Source of the DNA: an uncultured Candidatus Rokubacteria bacterium
Lineage (GTDB): Bacteria > Methylomirabilota > Methylomirabilia > Rokubacteriales > CSP1-6
Length of the DNA stretch: 64,000 nt
Direction: 5' to 3'
NCBI GenBank assembly: GCA_963789955.1
Contig: CAWBMV010000016.1
Span: forward strand, 50,049 to 114,048
Positions 41,735 to 51,825 of the stretch are shown here, piece after piece (position 1 is the first letter of the stretch; each line of letters opens with the position of its first letter). Under the pieces are notes generated by a model. The model was not told the origin of the DNA, searched no databases, and saw only the letters and a list, made by a program, of their open reading frames with translations. Position numbers and translations under genes: made by a program.

Positions 41735-43212
41735 GAGGTCGCCCACAGGCGGCGGCGCAAGGGGCGCGTCCATTCCATCCCGGTCGCCGTCATGCTCCCG
41801 ATGAACGCGAGCGCCGCGAGCGGCACGTACACGATCATTTCGACGGCGCTGTACTGGGCCGGAAGCAGACTCCGCAGCGCAACGGCTCCGGCGCCGAGCA
41901 GCGCGCCCGACGCCAGCGCAGTCCAGGGGCGCAGGGCCGAAAAGCTCACGCGATAAGCATGAGCGACGTACCGCAAAGTCAGGACGGCCAGCGTGACGCG
42001 CGACAGCAGGTAGGCGAGGCCAAGGGCTGCCATCCCGGCCAGACGCAGCCAGCCCAGCAGTGCCGAGGCGACGCCGAAGACGAGGATGGCGGCACAGAGG
42101 TTGCGGGTATTCACCGCCCGCTCTGTCTCGCCGTCGATCAGACCTCTCAGACAGGCGAAGAGGAACGAGGGGGTCAACGAGAGGCACACCATCGCCGCGA
42201 CCCCGGCCGCCGCGTCGTACTCGGGGCCGAGCCAGACCCGGATCAGCACGTCAGCCCAGATGACCATCTGGAAGGTCGCGAACGTGCCGCCGTGCAGCGC
42301 CCACTGGGCAACCTGGCGAGCCCGGGCTGCATGCGTATGGAAGTCTCCCCGTGCGATCGCGGCGGCCGACGCCGGGATCAGCACCTGGCTCAAGGCGCCG
42401 CTGATCGGATTGAGTGGCCTCATGAGCGCCAGGCCGATCGCCAGATAGCCCGCGCCGATCAGGCCCGCGCCTGACACGACGGCGATCCACGGCAAAGTCA
42501 GATCGAGAGCCGGCTCGAGGGCGCTGGCCGGCACTCTGCGCAGGCCGTATCGCAGCAGGACGGCGGCTTCGCGGAACGGACTCGGCCCGACTTGACTCCA
42601 GATCCAGCGGGCGATTCGCAGCAGCGACGGCAGCGTCGTGACGCCAGTGGCCACCGCGGTCCACGTGATGACGGTCGAGAGGCTCGTATCACGGAGCAGC
42701 AGAACACACACCAGTGGCGACAGCCCGAGCGCGGCGACCGCCGTCCCCACCGACTCCAGCACATGCTCGCGCGCGAGCTGAATCAGGCTCACCATCGTAG
42801 TGAAGGCCTGAGCGTACGTGAGCCATATGAATGCCCGCCACAGATGTTCGGCTCCGGGATGATCGAGAAGCCGGGCGATCGGCTCCGCGAAGACCACGCT
42901 CACGGCGCACCCAGCGGCGAGGCTCGCTCCCGCGAGGACGAGACCAGTCAGCGCGGCACCGGCGGCACGATCCGGCTTCGAGCCGAGGTACGCGACGGTC
43001 CGCTGCAGCGCGATCGGCAGTCCGAGCGCCGCGCACGCGAGCAGCAGTGATCCGTACAGCCTGAACAGGAGCACGGCCGAGAGGTCGAGGCCTCCATACC
43101 TTTGGGTATAGGCACGCGTGACCAGCAAGGTGAACCCGGCGATGAGCAGGCTGCCGGCACTGACGAGACAGGTCCGGCTGAGCAGTCGCTTCGAGGAGAA
43201 GGTCAATTTCAA
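41731..43212 (-). CDS. wzx: Polysaccharide flippase (MOP family)
   Basis: About 12-14 TM helices, LGLPIALQRTVA and LIRVWLGPEY; first gene of the operon. Confidence 0.75.
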   Translation of the reverse strand: MKLTFSSKRLLSRTCLVSAGSLLIAGFTLLVTRAYTQRYGGLDLSAVLLFRLYGSLLLACAALGLPIALQRTVAYLGSKPDRAAGAALTGLVLAGASLAAGCAVSVVFAEPIARLLDHPGAEHLWRAFIWLTYAQAFTTMVSLIQLAREHVLESVGTAVAALGLSPLVCVLLLRDTSLSTVITWTAVATGVTTLPSLLRIARWIWSQVGPSPFREAAVLLRYGLRRVPASALEPALDLTLPWIAVVSGAGLIGAGYLAIGLALMRPLNPISGALSQVLIPASAAAIARGDFHTHAARARQVAQWALHGGTFATFQMVIWADVLIRVWLGPEYDAAAGVAAMVCLSLTPSFLFACLRGLIDGETERAVNTRNLCAAILVFGVASALLGWLRLAGMAALGLAYLLSRVTLAVLTLRYVAHAYRVSFSALRPWTALASGALLGAGAVALRSLLPAQYSAVEMIVYVPLAALAFIGSMTATGMEWTRPLRRRLWATS

Positions 43213-43319
43213 ATTGAAAAGGGCAGTAATCTGGCGAGGAGAAAGCTTCGCCCTCCCGGTCCCATTGAAGAGGGCGCCGCCTCAGATTGCATTCTAGTCC
43301 GGTCCCAGGAGGGTAAACA

Positions 43320-44862
43320 ATGTATTTCCGGGTTCGCAGAGACCGCACGCGAGACGGCAGCTGGAGGGCAAGCATCGCGCCACGCCTACTCGCGGTCATC
43401 GTCGCCGTGGCGGCCGGCGTCACTGGCGACGTCTCGGGTCAACCGACCGCGCCATTTACCGGGGTCGCGAACGTCAGGGACTTCCGCGCGACGGGCGACG
43501 GGGTGACGGACGATACCGCGGCGGTCAAGCAGGCGCTGGCCGCCGCCCTCCGCGCGAAGGGCACGATCTACTTCCCGCCCGGCACCTATCTGATTAGCGA
43601 CACCTTGATGGTGACGGATACGGTCGCCTTCGTCGGGAGCGGCTGGGGCTCGGTCATCGCGCTGAAGGACGGAGTGCGACGGATCATGATCCTCGTGCAG
43701 GGCGCATCGCCATCGGGCGAGACGATCGGATTCCAGGCGTCGAATCTCGTGCTCGACGGCAAACAAGGGGGGCAGCTGGATGGCGGCCTGCTCCAGATCA
43801 ACAGCTCGGTGGGCTTCGTCGTCGACCATCTATGGGTTCGCAACGGCGGACGACCCGGCGAGTCGCGGACGCAGGGGGTTGACGGCATCGCCGTCGCCGT
43901 CAAGTCACCGACGAACCTGGTCGCGAGCCGCGGGGTCATCATGAACTCGATGATCGAGGCGACGACCAAGCCCGGGATCCTCTGGAGCACTCACGCCACC
44001 GACGGGCTGATCTCGGGGAACATCATCCGCGGTCTTCGCGGGAACTCGCAAACTCCGTGCCTCGCCGTCTCCGAGGGCCGGAACGTGACGGTGAGCGGCA
44101 ACTCGGTCAGCGGCTGTGAAGCTTCTGGGATCTCGATCGCGAACGGGGGGAACAACGTCGCTCCCGTGCACGCCATCATCGCCAACAATCACGCATATGG
44201 AAACGGTACGGGGACGGTCGAGGGCAACGGCATCCAGGTCGTCAATGCCTTTCCTGATCGGCGCGTCTTCGTCGAGATCACCGGCAACGTGCTCTACGAC
44301 AATCGCGGCGCCGCCGACGGGTACGGCATCCTGGTTCAGAACGTCGATCACGCGATCGTCAGCGGGAACATCGTCAGGAACAACAAGCGCAGCGGGATCG
44401 TTCTGTACAACGTCAGCGGCGCCCTGGTCGAGGGCAACTACATCCTCGGCAACAATGCACTGGGAACTCCGGAGCACTCGGGGATCATGCTCCATCAGGT
44501 CAGTCGGGTGCACGTGACCGGCAACTTCGCTTTCGACGACGGCCCGACGCCGACCCAGGCCTACGGTCTCTTCTTCAGCGGGACCAGGCCGAGCGATCGA
44601 ATCTCCGTCACGAACAACGTGCTGTACCCGAACAAGCTCGGCCCCTGGCACGGCCACGCGCCGCCGACCAACACCGTGTTCGTCGCGAATCGGACGGGCG
44701 ACGATACTCATCTGGCCATCGGCTCGGGGACCCCCTGACGGTTCGCTGGAGCTGACGGCCAACGCCTCCGCTGCCGCGTCGGGGCCGGAGTCGCCACCGG
44801 CGCTGTATGTCGACGTCAAATACAAAGGGAGGATGTATCGACTTCCGCTCTACGCTCGGTGA
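43320..44862 (+). CDS. Secreted right-handed beta-helix protein (Pectate_lyase_3/tailspike-like); ORF ends at 44738, probable frameshifted tail to 44862
   Basis: NVRDFRATGDGVTDDTAAV, YFPPGTYLI and many I..N beta-helix repeats; a tail ending YRLPLYAR follows a C homopolymer. Confidence 0.8.
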
Positions 44863-44864
44863 GG

Positions 44865-44902
44865 AAAAACGATCGGCCCTCCGGTAGCTGGAGGGCCGAT
44901 CG
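44865..44902 (-). terminator. Intrinsic terminator between convergent genes
   Basis: CGATCGGCCCTCC / GGAGGGCCGATCG stem flanked by AAAAA, a U-tract on the minus strand. Confidence 0.75.
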
Positions 44903-44932
44903 CCGTTTCGCTGATATCGCGTCGCGACGAGG

Positions 44933-45724
44933 CTATTGCAAGGTCAACAGCACCAGCACCTCGCCCTGGCCGTCGGCGAGCGACTCGAGCGCCTTGCCGA
45001 TCAGCGTCCCGGGCTGATGAATCGCGGCGGTGCCGATCGTCACGGGCTCCGAACGCATCGCGTACCCCGGAGTCGCGCTCGTGACCAGCAGGTCACCGAT
45101 CTGAACCGGGCCGTACTTTGCGTCCACCTTGACCTTCACCCGGCCGATGTGGGCGACCTTCACCTGATTGTCGCCGCCCTCGCCCAGGATCAGGCCTGGC
45201 TTGTCCGATACGACGCCGGCCACCCGCGTGTCGTACGCCTTCTGGCTCTCCATCACTTCGTTCGGCTTGATACCCCCGAGGATCACCACGGTGCCAGGAG
45301 CGAGCTTGCTGGCTGCGGGCACCCACTCGGCCACGTCCTGGTACTTCGCCGCGATGTTGCCATCGACCTGGACGTTGCCCGCCACGTGAAGCGTGGCGGC
45401 CGGCGTCGTCGTTCCGATCCCGACGTTTCCGCTCGGGAGGACGAGCAGCTGTGGCGCGCTGCTGTTCGTGTACAGCCCGACCGGCATATTCGTCCGCGAG
45501 CCAAGGTGCAAACCCATGACGCCGCCGGAGCTACCGGTGAAGAACTCGCTGAAGTTCGAACTTTGCGACATCCGGATCCGTCCGTTCACGTCCAGCTCTG
45601 ACCCGGGCGCGATCGTGCTGATCCCGACCCAGCCCGCGTTCTGGAGTAGATTCTGCGCCCAGGCCTGCGATGCGCTGAACGCGCCAACAACGACGAGCGC
45701 CACGACCAACCAGTTTTTCCTCAT
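44933..45724 (-). CDS. Secreted tail-fibre-like protein with putative chaperone/autoproteolytic C-terminal domain
   Basis: Signal peptide AWA-Q; GWVGIST and GNVGIGTTTP..LHVAG repeats; DVAEW..GDLLVTS..IGKALE tail. Confidence 0.65.
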   Translation of the reverse strand: MRKNWLVVALVVVGAFSASQAWAQNLLQNAGWVGISTIAPGSELDVNGRIRMSQSSNFSEFFTGSSGGVMGLHLGSRTNMPVGLYTNSSAPQLLVLPSGNVGIGTTTPAATLHVAGNVQVDGNIAAKYQDVAEWVPAASKLAPGTVVILGGIKPNEVMESQKAYDTRVAGVVSDKPGLILGEGGDNQVKVAHIGRVKVKVDAKYGPVQIGDLLVTSATPGYAMRSEPVTIGTAAIHQPGTLIGKALESLADGQGEVLVLLTLQ

Positions 45725-46078
45725 CACCGGCCTCCCTCGGCTGTGACGGGGGCTCCAGGTGCCCCCAGTTGTACCGCCCACATCGCAATCTCGCCTGAGA
45801 ATTGGCGAATCTCTTTCAGAGTGTCCGCCCGACAACACTGACGTGTCCTTTTGGCTGCCGCGCGATCATTCACGTACACTCCCTGAAGCGGCGTCGCCCC
45901 TCGAATCGCTCTGCTAGTCAGCGCCATTTCGTCGATAACTGCGCTTTCTCACCGGCGACTCATTCGAGGCCTCTCGCCTGTCGTGAGAAGTGAGCAGGAC
46001 CCATGCCAATACTCACCACCCGCAGTTCGTGCTCTCTCGTCGGTGTGTCTCTCGCGGCGGGATGTTGATCTCTCGGAG

Positions 46079-47128
46079 CTATGCAGCGGATGACGGATTG
46101 GGTTTTCTCGCATGCTCTGCTATCCGAGAGGTCTCCCATATCCTCAGCCGAGTTACCAGAGCCAGCAGCGGGTAACAACTGAGCGCGATAACGAAATACC
46201 CGGATACCACGAAAAATACAAGCCGGTACCACTGCGCATGGCCCACGTACTCGGCGGCAAACGAATCCGCGAGAACGAGCAGATGCGGCTTGGTCGCTGA
46301 TGCATACAGGAGCAGCTGACGTGCTTCCCACGGGAGAAAGGCCACGGACTCCGATCGACTGGCCTCGGTCAGCACATTGTTGCCGTAGGTCAGCACGTAC
46401 CGCTTGAATCGTGAGGCGTCCCCGTAGAGCGCGCGAAATCGCGGATCCTCTTCGGACTTGATCGTTGCATCCGCGGTGCCGAAAAACATGAAGCGCACGG
46501 GAAGTCCGGTCAACCGCCTCTGTCGGAGCTCCAGAGACGACAGATAGGTCCCTGCCTCGTCGGTCGCCAGGATCCCGTATTGCGGATCGACGAATATCCA
46601 CTTCGATCGCGTCCGCGAGAAGAAGTCGGCGAATCCATGCACGTCGTTCTGGACCTCTCGCGCGATCAGGCCGTTCACGGCCGAGAGGGCGAGGAAGATT
46701 TCGACGTAGTCGGAGCAGAACCCGCTACCCCGTTGCGTCTCGACAACTTTGTCCAGGAGAGCCATCCGATAGATCGGACGGTTGTCCCCGCTTCGCGCGA
46801 AGCTGAGCGCGACCGCTTTGGCGCGATCGACCTCGTCGCGCAGGCTCGCAACGCCCGCCGTCGGTACCACCGCGCCCAGGCGAGGCCGCCACGCCGCGAT
46901 CATCGCCGGCGAGTCGGTATAAAAATCGTGACTCAGCAGATCGTCCGGGGCCGAGCTGAACACCCGGGCATTCGAGGCTGACCGCATCATCAGGCTGTTG
47001 CGGAATTCGACGAGAAGTCCCCGGATGCGCGCTTGCGATTCGTGCAGACCGAACCCAATACCGCCGAGACAGACCACGAGGCCCAGGTTCGCCCAGAAAA
47101 CGAGCCGGCACCAGCGAAGCACGGTCAC
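46079..47128 (-). CDS. Membrane-anchored transglutaminase-like protein
   Basis: GFCSDY (Cys), HGF (His) and WIFVDP (Asp) triad pattern; TM helices at both ends. Confidence 0.65.
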   Translation of the reverse strand: MTVLRWCRLVFWANLGLVVCLGGIGFGLHESQARIRGLLVEFRNSLMMRSASNARVFSSAPDDLLSHDFYTDSPAMIAAWRPRLGAVVPTAGVASLRDEVDRAKAVALSFARSGDNRPIYRMALLDKVVETQRGSGFCSDYVEIFLALSAVNGLIAREVQNDVHGFADFFSRTRSKWIFVDPQYGILATDEAGTYLSSLELRQRRLTGLPVRFMFFGTADATIKSEEDPRFRALYGDASRFKRYVLTYGNNVLTEASRSESVAFLPWEARQLLLYASATKPHLLVLADSFAAEYVGHAQWYRLVFFVVSGYFVIALSCYPLLALVTRLRIWETSRIAEHARKPNPSSAA

Positions 47129-47349
47129 GCCGGGAGCTCTCGAGGACTTGGCGGTCTACGGCGAACGCTGAAATCGGCAGTCAAAAGCGAGGTCGGGCGA
47201 CGAAGATCGATCCTGGGGGAACGGTGAAGGACGCTTCAGTGTGCGCATGAATACGCCGGCGCTTGAAACCCCGGACGAGGCTCAAGGGGCCAAGCTCATC
47301 GCTGAAGACGCTAATCTGGCGCCGGTCCACCTGTCAAGGATCCGTCAGC

Positions 47350-47721
47350 CTATTTCACTTCCTCGTATTGAGCGGACCTACCGTTGTCATCGCGGACGGC
47401 CTTCAAGGTCCGCTTGCCCTTGGAGTCGACGGCCACCGAGACGGCGCCCGCGCCGCCATCGGAGCTTCTGAAACGGAACTTGCCGTCGACAATCTCCAAT
47501 CTCCCCCTGGCGCTGCGCGGCGGCTGCGTATAGAGAACCGTCGAAAACGAGCCGTCCCGCTGCACCGTGATCTCGACGGGGGTGCTCTTTCCCCCTTCGG
47601 CCACGTATGTCCGCCACTTGCCGACGAATGGTTTGAGCTCCGCGGCATCCTGGCCGGGCGCTGCCGACGCGAACAGAAGCACGCCTCCGAGAACGAGGAT
47701 CGACGCGATACGCACTGTCAT
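47350..47721 (-). CDS. Small exported hypothetical protein
   Basis: Signal peptide, FVGKW beta-rich domain; GGGAGG RBS. Confidence 0.6.
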   Translation of the reverse strand: MTVRIASILVLGGVLLFASAAPGQDAAELKPFVGKWRTYVAEGGKSTPVEITVQRDGSFSTVLYTQPPRSARGRLEIVDGKFRFRSSDGGAGAVSVAVDSKGKRTLKAVRDDNGRSAQYEEVK

Positions 47722-47855
47722 GCCGAGCCTCCCTGCACTAGAGCGACGACGGTAGAGTGAGCTGGGCAAACGTCCAGATCCCGTCAACTTTGAAACTATC
47801 ACGGACCGCCCCCGACACGACAATAGCCAAGTCGCCGAGCCCGAGGGACCGAGCG

Positions 47856-49505
47856 CTACCGGAACGACGCCGTGAACTGCACTCGCAGGAGTTGGTCGAT
47901 TCCATTGTCGCCGGCCCTGAAGTTTCGGTTCTTCACATCGCTGACCAGGTATTGCGCGAAGACCGAAAAGCGGTCCGCGAAGCGATAGGACACGTCCAGG
48001 CTCCCGCCGAGGCGCTCCTCCTGCGGACCGGAGAAATTGAACGTGGTGCTGCCGATGATGGCCCGGTCGAAATTGACGCCAAACATCAAGTTCGGTGTGA
48101 GGCGCGCGCCGACGCGAGCGAAGTAGTCCCGGCCGTTCGTGCCGATGAAGTCGCCGATCACATGGCCCCGCGTCCAGTACCCGCTGGTGAACTGATCGTT
48201 GTTGTACGACTGGGGCGAGGTTCGGGCGTATTCGAACCGGAAATCCAGCCAGTCTTGCCCGAAGAGACCGAGCAGATGCATGCCGCCTACAGCGCCGACC
48301 GTGCTGCCCTTGGGCAGGAGGTTCGACGCCAGGAAGTGGCCGATTCCGCTACTCGGGCCGCATTCGCCGCAGGTGTCGTCCCAGTAGAACTCGCCGTAGA
48401 GTCGCAGATCCCGGCTCGGAAAGTAGTAGTGATCCACGTTTCGAAAGCGCAGATCGCCGTCGACGCTGAACACATTGTTGGTGCGGTTCTCCGGGTGTTG
48501 GTTCGCGTCGTCGCCGAACGACGGATTAAAGATCGCCGCCAGATATTTGTCCGCCGAAAGGTACGGTGAGCCCCCGTCGAACATGACCGCTCGGCTGGCC
48601 CCAAGCTCCAACCACGTGGCCGGCGTAAAGGTCAGACGCATGCCCGACACCTTGGTGTAGGGGTGATCCCGGCGCTCCTCGAGCTGCGCCAGGAAGATCA
48701 GCGCCTTCATGGGCCCGACCCACTCGCCGATCCACGGCAGCAGAAAGGGCTCCGCGGACCCGAGCCGGACCTGATCCAGCGGCGCCGCGTTGTTCGAAAA
48801 GATCATGAAGTTACGGTATCCCGGCCCCCACTGGAGGCTGTCACGGCCGAACATGAGCTCGATGTTCCAGAACGTGAGCTTCGCGTAGCCGGTGATGAGG
48901 CGCGCCGCCGTATAGTCCTGGTTCGCGAGCAGCTCGGGCTGGATATAGAAGGTCAGATAGTCCCAGAGCTGCGCACGGCTCTCGAACGTCAGCCCCATGT
49001 TGAACGTCCGCTTGACCGAGCTCCCCTGCTCGTTGACGAGTGAGAAGCCATGCGTCGCCAGACCGTTGAACGCCTGCGCGCGATCGATGGGGGTGAAGGA
49101 GAACGCGCCCGGTGGCGAGACTCCGTCGGGAACCTGGACGCCCAGCGAGGCCAGCTCGACCTTGAACTCGTCCATCAAGCGGTCGAGCACCGGCTCGAGG
49201 TCGCGGCGCATGTTGAGGCCCTCGGGATCGTCCCGGCGGATCCGTTCGATTGCGCGGGCGACGACCCGCGCGGCCTCGATGCGGTTGAGCGGCTTCGTGT
49301 TCAGCAAGGTCCGGTCGGCGAGCCCAGCGGTGACCAGGCGCTCCAGATCGTCGTACGCCGCGTCGCGATACTCCGAGAATCCGCCCCAGTTCTTCAACGG
49401 CACGTTCGTGCGATCGAAGGCAGCTGCAGTATTGACGGGTAAGAGCGCGGCGACGAAGGCGAGCACTGCCGCAAGACACGATGGTACCCGGCTCCAGCCA
49501 AACAT
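47856..49505 (-). CDS. wzi: Capsule assembly outer-membrane protein Wzi
   Basis: Signal peptide, FGRDSLQWGPG..SNNAAP, LELGASR and a beta-barrel C-terminus. Confidence 0.82.
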   Translation of the reverse strand: MFGWSRVPSCLAAVLAFVAALLPVNTAAAFDRTNVPLKNWGGFSEYRDAAYDDLERLVTAGLADRTLLNTKPLNRIEAARVVARAIERIRRDDPEGLNMRRDLEPVLDRLMDEFKVELASLGVQVPDGVSPPGAFSFTPIDRAQAFNGLATHGFSLVNEQGSSVKRTFNMGLTFESRAQLWDYLTFYIQPELLANQDYTAARLITGYAKLTFWNIELMFGRDSLQWGPGYRNFMIFSNNAAPLDQVRLGSAEPFLLPWIGEWVGPMKALIFLAQLEERRDHPYTKVSGMRLTFTPATWLELGASRAVMFDGGSPYLSADKYLAAIFNPSFGDDANQHPENRTNNVFSVDGDLRFRNVDHYYFPSRDLRLYGEFYWDDTCGECGPSSGIGHFLASNLLPKGSTVGAVGGMHLLGLFGQDWLDFRFEYARTSPQSYNNDQFTSGYWTRGHVIGDFIGTNGRDYFARVGARLTPNLMFGVNFDRAIIGSTTFNFSGPQEERLGGSLDVSYRFADRFSVFAQYLVSDVKNRNFRAGDNGIDQLLRVQFTASFR

Positions 49506-49730
49506 GGCCGACAGCATAGCCCAGCGAGGGGTGTGATCCCGAAATCCGCCGCAGCCTACAGGATCAAGGGGTTGCGCGCCCTGTTCGCCAGGATGGGGCG
49601 CAGTGGGGTGTTTGGGGCCTTCACGAGAGGTACTTATCCAGGCGACCCCTTCGTGGCGGCCCGGACTTGCCAGGAGCGGCCCCCACACGCCGTCGAGGAA
49701 ATGCGGGGCGAGTCGGCGACATCCTCCGGC

Positions 49731-49997
49731 TCAGACGCCGAAAAGATAGCGCGACCACCCGGCCAGCAAGTAGTAGATCAGCACGAGGAAGATGAGCAGG
49801 GCCAGAAGCGCGGCCACGAGGCCGACGCCGACCCGGACCAGCCGTCGATAGAGATGGCTCGCCTGCTCCTGCTGCACGACAGCGCGTCGCTGGAGCTCGA
49901 GCACGCGATCCATCACGCCCCGATGCTCGGCCAGCTGCTCGCGCTGAGCATCGCGAATGTCGCGCAAGAGCTGCCTGACGTCGTCGTCGCTTTGCAT
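49731..49997 (-). CDS. Small membrane protein
   Basis: Coiled coil plus C-terminal TM helix. Confidence 0.55.
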   Translation of the reverse strand: MQSDDDVRQLLRDIRDAQREQLAEHRGVMDRVLELQRRAVVQQEQASHLYRRLVRVGVGLVAALLALLIFLVLIYYLLAGWSRYLFGV

Positions 49998-50125
49998 TCG
50001 TCGAAGTCCGAGCTTCCCCGCCCTTCGCGCCATCCTAGCACCGCCGGCGCGTGAGTCCGCACCAGCCGCGATGCTTCGCTGCGCCGCTCGGTCCGCAGTC
50101 CCCGGTGCCCAGGCGGCCGCGCCGC

Positions 50126-51364
50126 CTACTTCCGTTTGACGAGAGGTTCGATCACCAGGGCGACGTATTCACCATAGAATTTGATGCCCTCGAGGTTTGG
50201 GTGGGCATTGTCGGGCTGCAGATCAATGGTGCGCGGCGTCGGCGGACGACGCTCCATCTCTGCGAGCGTCACGATGTGCGTCCCGAGGTCTCTCTCGAGC
50301 TGCGTCCAGATGGACTCGGCCTCCCGCCCTCGAAATGGGCGGCCCACGATTATTTCCGCCTTGTTCGGAAGATGCACCAGAAGCACCGGCACGCCGAACT
50401 TCTTGAGTTTCTGGACCGCGTCGGAATAGCCCGGATCGGCCGAGAATTGTTTCGCCGTCACGCGTGGCATCAGGCTGAACGCTGTCTGCGAATAGAACGG
50501 CCGGTCAAAGAATGTGCCCCATACGGCTTCGAGCAAATACGATTTCGTCAGCGCGAAAGGATCGAAGGCGATGCCTTTCGAACGAAGATAGGCGCGATGG
50601 AAGGCGACCGAGTTCTTCACGACCAGGTCCTGCTGCGAGGCGAGGAGCTGTTGCTCACACCACGCCTCGGTCGCCCGCTCATCGACGACGTCCTCGTCGT
50701 TCGTGATTCGAGGATCCTCGAACCCGTTCGGCTGCGGCGACATCTGTGACCGCGTGCGCCCGTCGATCACCGTCTCACGGGTCCACCACCGTCCCCGAGT
50801 CAAATCATCGCTGATGAACTGGACGACGACGAGATGAGGCTTCAGGGTTGGATACATTTCGGCGGCCAATGTCAGCATCTGCAGGAGACCGTACGTTCCA
50901 CGCGCAAAATTCAGGTTCACGACCTTGAGTCCGGTGCGCTCGCGCAGCAGGGTCTCGACCACATCGGGCACAGTCAGCGCCGAGCGCTTCCAGTAGCTGA
51001 ACGAGTCACCTGCGGTGAAGATCACATAGTCGGCCTTCCGGGCGTCCGCCAACGTGCTCCGGCCGCCGAGCCCGTCGTCATTGGCACTGGCCACGACACC
51101 GGGGCACCACACGACGCGGCCGTTGCTGACCAGCGAGAGAATCTTCTTCGAGTTTGGCCGAAATCGTTGGCCGAATTGTTCGTCGTATTGTCCGAACACG
51201 GCGTTCACGATGTGGAACGAGGCGGGGCGACTTCCGACCTGAGCGCGAACCGCGATTTCGGCGAGCGCCAGGCTCAGCAAGACACTCGTGGCGACCAGGA
51301 CCACACGCCCGACCAGCGATGGTCGGTATGAGCTGTCGGGCTCGTCAGAGCGGGACGTTGCCAT
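50126..51364 (-). CDS. SGNH/GDSL hydrolase-fold protein (possible polysaccharide O-acyltransferase/esterase)
   Basis: N-terminal TM, GDSF block I, NFARGTYG block II, DNAHPN block V. Confidence 0.7.
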   Translation of the reverse strand: MATSRSDEPDSSYRPSLVGRVVLVATSVLLSLALAEIAVRAQVGSRPASFHIVNAVFGQYDEQFGQRFRPNSKKILSLVSNGRVVWCPGVVASANDDGLGGRSTLADARKADYVIFTAGDSFSYWKRSALTVPDVVETLLRERTGLKVVNLNFARGTYGLLQMLTLAAEMYPTLKPHLVVVQFISDDLTRGRWWTRETVIDGRTRSQMSPQPNGFEDPRITNDEDVVDERATEAWCEQQLLASQQDLVVKNSVAFHRAYLRSKGIAFDPFALTKSYLLEAVWGTFFDRPFYSQTAFSLMPRVTAKQFSADPGYSDAVQKLKKFGVPVLLVHLPNKAEIIVGRPFRGREAESIWTQLERDLGTHIVTLAEMERRPPTPRTIDLQPDNAHPNLEGIKFYGEYVALVIEPLVKRK

Positions 51365-51385
51365 CGAGCCAGAACCTGGCTGTTG

Positions 51386-51560
51386 CTAGAAGACCGTGTA
51401 GAAGAAGGAGATGACCGCGGAGCTTTGCACGAACACGATGAAGAACCCGAGGATCAACAAACACGCGGCCAGCGGGGCGTGAGCCATCACCACCTGTTCT
51501 GCCAGAAGAAGGCGAGCAGCTCTCCGGCGATCCCGAGCCGCTGGACGACAGCAGTTTCAG
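51386..51560 (-). pseudogene. DUF5989-like small membrane protein with in-frame TGA and frameshift
   Basis: GELLAFFWQNRW*WLTP, then in a shifted frame LAACLLILGFFIVFVQSSAVISFFYTVF. Confidence 0.55.
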
Positions 51561-51825
51561 CACGTTGCGCGTAACTGGCTGAAGCTGCTGGGCCCGGATC
51601 GGACTGCCTCACCCTCCAAGCGACCCGCACAGACAGCACTCTCGCGCTCCACAGCAAGGAGACAGCAAGCAGAGCCGCCCTCGCGCCGCAGCGGCGCGAG
51701 GGCGTCACGAAGGGTAACACGGCGATGATCTTCTGAGCAGCGGGGTGCGGACTTCTTTGGACTCTTGGGGCGCCGCGGGGCGCGGCGTGCTACGTTCTGC
51801 CACGGTCTGCACACCAGCCGTGGCT

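Noticed and set aside
43320..45724. Prophage remnant
   Set aside because: No integrase, capsid, terminase or att signals; both proteins have N-terminal signal-like segments.
45914..45927. Sigma54-like TGGCGC..GC upstream of the tail-fibre-like gene
   Set aside because: Spacing is GG-N9-GC, not the required N10.
51487..51489. TGA recoding (Trp/Sec) in the DUF5989-like ORF
   Set aside because: TGA serves as a normal stop throughout the window, and the same ORF is also frameshifted.
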